Shown: piece after piece, positions 57,114 to 64,000 of the stretch
Layout of the letters: every line of letters starts with the position of its first letter
Numbering within the stretch: the first letter of the stretch is position 1
Assembly (NCBI GenBank): GCA_040954595.2
Contig: CM082595.2
Location: 7,306,193-7,370,192, forward strand
Reading direction: 5' to 3'
Length of the DNA stretch: 64,000 bases
Origin: Balanoglossus misakiensis
Lineage: Eukaryota > Animalia > Hemichordata
The notes under the pieces: model-generated
Database searches by the model: none
The model's input: only the letters and a program-made list of their open reading frames with translations
What the model was told of the DNA's origin: nothing
Program-made: the position numbers and the translations under genes

Positions 57114-57440
57114 GTGATTAAAATAAAACTGTTTATTTGAATGTGGTGGAGAGCGTTAGATTCGTAGTCGCTGTCCCGTGAAGATAACATTTTTGCGAAC
57201 GTGATAATTGCTGAGAATAAACTTGAACACAAGAAAAGCATTAAAGGCGGTGGCTGAACCCGTTACAATAAAGTCACGTTTGTCGTCACCTTGACAGCGA
57301 TCTCCTCGACATTGTTGGTCGATCTGTCTATGGCACACGTAACCCATTAAAGTCTGCAATTGGGACTTTCCATTATGTGAAACAATGTATATGTATATGT
57401 ACTTGGCTTCTAGCACCTTCGATTATAACTGACATGTTAA

Positions 57441-57953
57441 AGCCCCATGATCTGCAACTTTTGGGAAATTATCATAAAATTTATTTTCAAACTGTTCTTA
57501 TATTAGCCCATGCAGATGTATGCACTGAAGTATATACAAGTATTATAAACCCTGAGTATGAGTGCACATGCAAGTTTTAACCTGCAGATAGATAATAAAG
57601 CTTTGCCACAAAGGAATATGGCCGCCACCGTGGGAAAATGCAAACTACAATGAAAATGTTGCATTTCCCATTTTGAAACTTCATAAACAAAGCATGATCT
57701 AATCCAGTAAACGCACGAAGTCAATGTACTCCATTGAGACATTACATTTTCATTTTTATTGAAATATTTCACTTTATTTAGATTACAGGAATTTTCAACT
57801 GCACCGATATTTCTTGTCTTTTTGGCCATTTTGTCATAAATTAGTGTTATCTTGACATACTATCTGGCAAAATGATTTAATAGACATAATAAAAAGCATA
57901 TCAATGATTATTATCAAGCTTAACATTTTTATCGAGTTGCAGCTTATTGGGCT
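57441..57953. mobile_element. Kolobok-type MITE related to 15388-15892 (inverted)
   Basis: TTAA|AGCCCCATGATCTGCAACT ... AGTTGCAGCTTATTGGGCT; shared internal sequence (GCCGCCACCGTGGGAAAATGCAA). Confidence 0.75.
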
Positions 57954-58599
57954 TTAGTATCTTTTATTGCATTTATGTCTAGAAAGAACCACCACTTGCG
58001 CGGCTCAGGTGTTTGTGCTGCGGTCACTGAGCTTAGGATTCCCTGGTAATCGGGTCTTCAAGAAGCCGAGACACGAACCAGAGCCGGCTCTGTCAAGATG
58101 TCTTTAAGATTCAAGAGTCGCCGTGAATGTAGGAAACAATCGCTGTTTACGATCATGGGTCGGAAGAATCCGTGCGGGGTCACTCAAAATAATGATCACA
58201 TGATAAGGCGAAAGAATGATCCGCATAAATCCGCCCAAGTCTCATTCTTGATGTTCTTAAAGCTGAAATTCAATAAAACAGGCTTTACATATCTCCAATA
58301 ATCTTGGAAAGGCCTTTAATTCTATCAATTAAATGAGATATCACTTATTTTTGACAAAATGGCCCAAAAAATTTGAGAAATATCAGCAAAGTGGAAGTTT
58401 TCCGCAACATTTACTTCCATGTGTTTTAGTCGATAAGATGGTGTTTTTTAATAAAGTTTCAAAGAGGAGAATGCAATGTTAACATTGTAATTTATATTTT
58501 CCCACGGTGGCGACCATATTCCTTTGCGGCAAAATGCCTGTCTGTCTGCATGTCTGTCCTTCCGTGTCATGGATATTTCACGACGGCTTATCACATTTG

Positions 58600-59110
58600 A
58601 AACCAATTCGGAATGATGATTTTATTAACTGAAACTGTTCGCCAACCCAACCACGACAGAGGTCACATCCATGATTGGTTGATGCACAGATCAGAAAACA
58701 ACTTTGTTCCGTCTACCGATGTCTCTTGTGTGATATTGCAGCTGACCATCTTAAAACCATCATCAGTCGCTTGAATGTGTTCATACCACGCCCACGGGAT
58801 ATGTATACGTGACATACACCCTGTCGCTTTGAAAGAAGATCTTCAAGACAGCCTCTTAAGCGTTAAAGAACTTACTGCACAAGCCCTTCACGTATGTCGC
58901 CCATCTGTCATTGAAAATCATGTACCATCGCCACAAGGTAAAGTCTCAATGCCAAGTTGATGCTGGTTTAATGATGTACGTGCCAAATTCATGGCAGCTA
59001 ACGAACACCGTAGGCGAGCTGAGAGATCATCACTGAAAACTGGATTGATAATTCACAAACAGATATATCACCATGTGAAGGAAGCTAGATTAGACGTAAA
59101 ATCAGCTTCT
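58600..59110 (+). mobile_element. Degenerate L2-type LINE ORF2 fragment
   Basis: Translated pieces 'WFND...RRRAER...KTGLIIHKQ' resemble the L2/Crack 'PWF...RRRAERKWRKTGL..H' linker; the frame is broken. Confidence 0.5.
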
Positions 59111-60102
59111 GGAATTGAAAAAGTTTCTCTCCCACCAAGGTAGTTTTGTAAACAATGACCCTCCCCACAATTCCCACAGCCCACGCCTGTAATTACTGAA
59201 TGCTCCCTAAAGGACACTTTGCAGTAGCTGTAGTATTGCATCAAAGACATGAATCATTCTGCGATTTTTTTTTATTTGCTGTAAACATTTTTCTTCAAAA
59301 CAAGGGAGCACATTCAGTTCTGGTTGAAGAATAACTCACAAGGTACATCCTAATAAGACTTTAAAATAAATGATAAAACTCATTGTGTAGTACCCAATTA
59401 TATTTATTTTGCCTGACAAATAAAAGCGTATGTGAGAGCTGCATAAATTTATCAAATCAGTATGTTATCCATGAAAAAAAAATCCGCACTTGTCGTTCGA
59501 CCTGAGTGCGACCAGGCAATTTCAATTCAATTTGAGCCCTTGTCGTGGTGTCTTTGGCGTTTCGGAACCTAAACATTGGGATTAAAATATTTTACTGGTC
59601 GGGTGCAACACTAAACCCTGCATGCTTACTAAAATAATTCAAATCGTGTCGTGAGCATTATCTAATTGCCTCATACGACGAAGATTTCATTTCCGAGCTA
59701 TTCAATTTAGATTGTGAAAATTGGACAGATAGCCGGTCAATGAACGTAATGAGTAGGCTACTTTCTCATAATAGTCGATTATTGACACCTCGAAATGCAT
59801 GTATAAAATGTATTGCATTTATCGGGAACATGGCCAACACCGTGTCAGTCATTAAACATTAAAAGACACAATGACGTGATAAAATCAATGATTATTATTC
59901 TCCCAAGCGGCAAAGCCAATTTTATCCATATTGAGTTTCTGGACAGAGAGATAACAATGAAAACGTCAGGGTTGTTAAAAAATGGCGGTTCTAGTGACAG
60001 CTGACATTGTCAGAACGGCCGCTGTGCTACAAAACTGATTCTAATGTCAGCTGCCAATGTTGAACTCGTTTTTGCTTAAATGCAACATATTTTACTACAA
60101 TA

Positions 60103-60257
60103 CAGTCAAACCTGTCTAGAGTGGTCAGTCAAGGGACTTTCCCAAACTGGCCTTTATAGACAGGTGGCCCTTTGATACAGGTCAATTAATGCACATGTAA
60201 ATTGCACAGGGCAAAGTGGCCACTATATACAGGTGGTCACTAACACAGATTTTACTG
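60103..60257. mobile_element. Tc1/mariner-pogo-type MITE
   Basis: TA|CAGTCAAACCTGTCTAG ... CTAACACAGATTTTACTG|TA, with internal ACAGGTGG subrepeats. Confidence 0.7.
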
Positions 60258-61435
60258 TACTTGTAGACACCTTTCTAAATGTGTACTGCACAACCGTTCC
60301 ATCATATGTCATTTCCAAAGCGGGTATGCCTTTATTAACTAAACGAAGATACTTTGGAGGAATTGGACAAATAATGCCGGTATTTTATTTCCACAAACTG
60401 ACAAGGCGTCAAATTGGGACGCACCGAACAAATGTTTGTGAGGAGGGATTTCTGGTAAGCTGAGTGTTAACATTTTCGCGCGCGGAGACGCACTATGTGG
60501 CGCACAAACATGGCGTCGCCCAAGGGTCGTTGAACGTGATACTTCAGTCTTACACGGATAAATTACTCATTATAAGGCACTTTAATCGTCTGCTTCAGCA
60601 TAAAATAGTTGACAGCTACATCTAGATGAAGAATATGATATCCAACACTTTGGGGAAACCATGAACTGGTCGGTGAAAAAATTCTATTAAACGAAGGGAG
60701 TAATGGAGCCAAGAGCGGAAACGCAAGACAGGTAATGGCGTTTAAACATAAAGGTTCCTCGTCACAATGAAACATTATATCACATGGTTGTGATGACAGG
60801 TAGAACGATTGTCGTGAGTCTCACCAGCCGCCATTTCCGCTGGGATCTGTGCAATATCCAACTGTCTATCATAACCTAAGTATGTCAGCACGCAATTATT
60901 ATTAATTCCAGAGAGCGTCTATAAATCCAGGGCATGGTCGCATTTGATATAAATGCTGTATTTCTACACGGGCATCGTCAGGAAAAGTATATCTTACTGC
61001 ACACAGAAAAATGTAGTGGCTTGAATTGAAATGAAAAGCACTGAAGTAAATTTAATGAATTGTATTGGGTCGAATTGATTCGAATTAAATTAAATTGACT
61101 TGCAAGAGAATCAATGTCTCGTCCTGTAAAATTAACAGTTCGTTTGATTTACAACTTTAACTACTTACACACGCAAGACTTTCAAGTAGACCTCAATACT
61201 AATAAGATATTGGTGTTAAGTAAGACGGTGCCATTTTATCTGCAAGTTCACACGTGGGAATTGATGGAGCTAAGTATACCTGTCTGTCCGCCTGCAGGCC
61301 GGCCTGTCTGTCTCTCTCTATATATATGGAGTGATATATCCAGGTAGATTTTATTTTCAACTCGATTGGAACTATTTTGGGATAACTGCATGATAATACA
61401 CTATGTAAAACTCTCAGTAGCCTACACACTCGACT

Positions 61436-61641
61436 GTTTTGTTTTGTTTTGTTTTGTTTTGTTTTGTTTTGTTTTGTTTTGTTTTGTTTTGTTTTGTTTT
61501 GTTTTGTTTTGTTTTGTTTTGTTTTGTTTGGTTTGGTTTGGTTTGGTTTGGTTTGGTTTGGTTTGGTTTGGTTTGGTTTGGTTTGGTTTGGTTTGGTTTG
61601 GTTTGGTTTGGTTTGGTTTGGTTTGTTTTGGTTTGGTTTGG
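61436..61641. repeat. (GTTTT)n switching to (GTTTG)n pentanucleotide repeat
   Basis: Seen directly. Confidence 0.95.
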
Positions 61642-63639
61642 TCAAACAATGACTGAAATACCACATTCTCCCCAAGTACAACAAATACTAATCGATTTGT
61701 ACGCATTTTATCGGTATGCAATTATCCCCAAATAGTTCCAATCATATTTTTCGCAGTGGCGACCTCTCCAAACTTGACAGAAATTGCGAAAATCAACAAG
61801 CAAACAAGTAGTGCTGGTGACTTATTCATTATTAGCACATTTACATAATTGTTTAGCACATTGTTGAGATTAAGCATTAACTGATTGAACATTTTAACAA
61901 CTACCTTACATGATGTGTGTCAGTAGACAGATTAGTTGGTTGTTTTGGGTAAATACGGTACCGATATTTGCTTTTTACGTGCTACATTGCCATTTATATG
62001 CTTGAAATCTACTTCAAATAATCTCAACCATCTCACAAAATGCCTTTTTGATTGAGTGTGATGATACGCAATACACGACAATAAAAACATACACATATCG
62101 TCTTTATTAAACAAACATTATGCAAGTACATGTTCTTTATACATTCTGTGGTATGCACCTTTTCTGTTACACATTGGGTATCAGATGCCATTAAACATCA
62201 GTTTTTTTCAGAAAGTCATCCATTTTGGAACCGCAGTCATTCGTGGAGTGACGGTGTTAGTGCAATAAAGTCTATTACATTATTCCCTTATGAACATATA
62301 TATTTTGCGTTTAATGCTTATATGTGCTGTGTACATTTTCCGCATGTGATATTTTTTACCCACAGTCAGACCGAGCCACGGAGAGGATCGCCGCGCCTAA
62401 ATCCATTTCAGCGCCAGGATTAGTGTTAATCTACCTACGCGACGAGGAAAGAGAATTTTCTGAAAAGATATCTGTGACATTTCTCTATCATTATACCGTC
62501 AAGTCAGATAAATGTTGCACCACAATTGAACCCCTTTCCCCCATACCTGAATAGAAACACATTTATCACGAGTTAATGTATCTGTCGGAACAATTTCCCT
62601 CGGAGCAGATTTTTTTTTTCAAAGACAAGAGTTTGCGACCTTGACTGCGTTTATATCCAGTGTCAATAACACAGTTACATCTGGGTCAGTACTGGGTCAA
62701 TGCTGTTTTGAAAGGATGTGTTCACCATTTGATATTCAGTGATCAAAAATCTGTTTTGATTGATGGATTAGGCGTGACGCGGGCCAGTAGTGGAATCGGG
62801 TTTAATTCTTACTGCCCACAGGCTTATATGTCATGGCTAACATAGTTGAAAAGTAACCCCGAATATTGTATTCCGTCGACAGATCCCACGAAAGAACAAA
62901 ATCTAGGCGTTAACAATATGTAAAGTGGTGACATATCGGATTTTCGGCTTCTTAAATTGCAAGGGAAATATTTGATTTCTATACGAGGTCTTGATACCGT
63001 GTAGCCATTTCATCACCTTTTGAAATTATTGATGACGCATACTAACATCAGTCTACTGTATCAAAATAATACATTTTGATTATTAATGTTAGTCTTTTGT
63101 ACACTCTAGACAGAACGTTTGCAACTTCATGGAATCGTCAATAAGTCCCTTTTAGGTTATGTTCCTAGACAAACGGCGGTATTGAAGAAATATCTCGCTA
63201 GATGGTAAGTAGCATCTGTCAACATTGATATCGCGCGGAATCGATGGCGGGGAATGCTTTCTTTTTCTATCTTGTCACCTCCAGATAACATCAAAGGAAA
63301 GCGGAAAGGAAGCGAAGACTACTTTCATGCACGCATGAGTACACACTCTAATGGGTGCCCATCCGCTCAGACTGTGCATGTACTTTAATGGGCAGACCCT
63401 AACACATCACACAATGAGTTTGTTTTCCTAGTCCCATGACAGATATGACAACTGTCGTGACTCAGTGTAGTTCCAATTGAGAATATAATCCAATTAAGTC
63501 AAATAAACGTATTCTATTCCAAAGAGCCTTGATCACAAATACAGCTGGTCGAAAATATGTAGACTCTAAAACTTCAAAGAAAGGCGCATTTATTATTGCG
63601 TCATGTATCAATAAATTCACAACGTTACGCAAAATTATG

Positions 63640-63750
63640 ATATATACATATATGTATGTATATGTATGTATGTATGTATATATATATGTATATAGGTGTG
63701 TGTTTGTGTGTGCGTACGTACGTGTGTGTGTGTGCGTGCGTGCGAGTGCG
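63640..63750. repeat. Mixed (TA)/(TATG)/(TG)/(TGCG) microsatellite
   Basis: Seen directly. Confidence 0.85.
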
Positions 63751-64000
63751 TAAATATGATAGTGGGCATTTTCACGACGAATATTATTAAACAAACTGCG
63801 TAACATGTATACTTCTTGTAATGCACTATTATGCAAATCTAAAGCATTAAACGTTGTGTAGAGAGTCACAATGAAAGAGAAGAATAATTCCTATTAGAGA
63901 TATCGGTTTACCTTATACGCCTATTTTCTTCCAGCCCAAGTAGAATCATGAGTACCGAATGAATCGTCGGCTACGTTAGCAACCACAAGCTTGATAAGTA

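Noticed and set aside
59485-59620. tRNA/SINE-like segment with GTTCGA
   Set aside because: No cloverleaf or convincing A box; evidence is insufficient.

Overview
Animal genomic DNA: AT-rich, with spliceosomal introns, many MITEs and microsatellites. Gene and repeat content suggest a marine invertebrate deuterostome such as an acorn worm (inference only). From left to right: the 3' part of a NACHT/NLR-like gene in one long exon (+); Penelope-like remnants; a bacterial-type PI-PLC X-domain gene whose catalytic residues appear substituted (-); a single-exon sulfotransferase-fold gene (-); an unassigned GC-rich structured element followed by a U2 snRNA gene (+); a 3-exon folate-receptor-domain gene with signal peptide and probable GPI anchor that the ORF track shows only in fragments (-), head-to-head with a 9-exon ALG3 containing a U12-type AT-AC intron (+); and a VWA5B-like gene with 9 coding exons and a GC-AG intron (-). 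Eight copies of a ~345-bp fold-back TTAA-flanked MITE and several other MITE/LINE relics are dispersed across the window. No CRISPR, rRNA or tRNA was seen. All family assignments come from motif recognition by eye; no searches were run.
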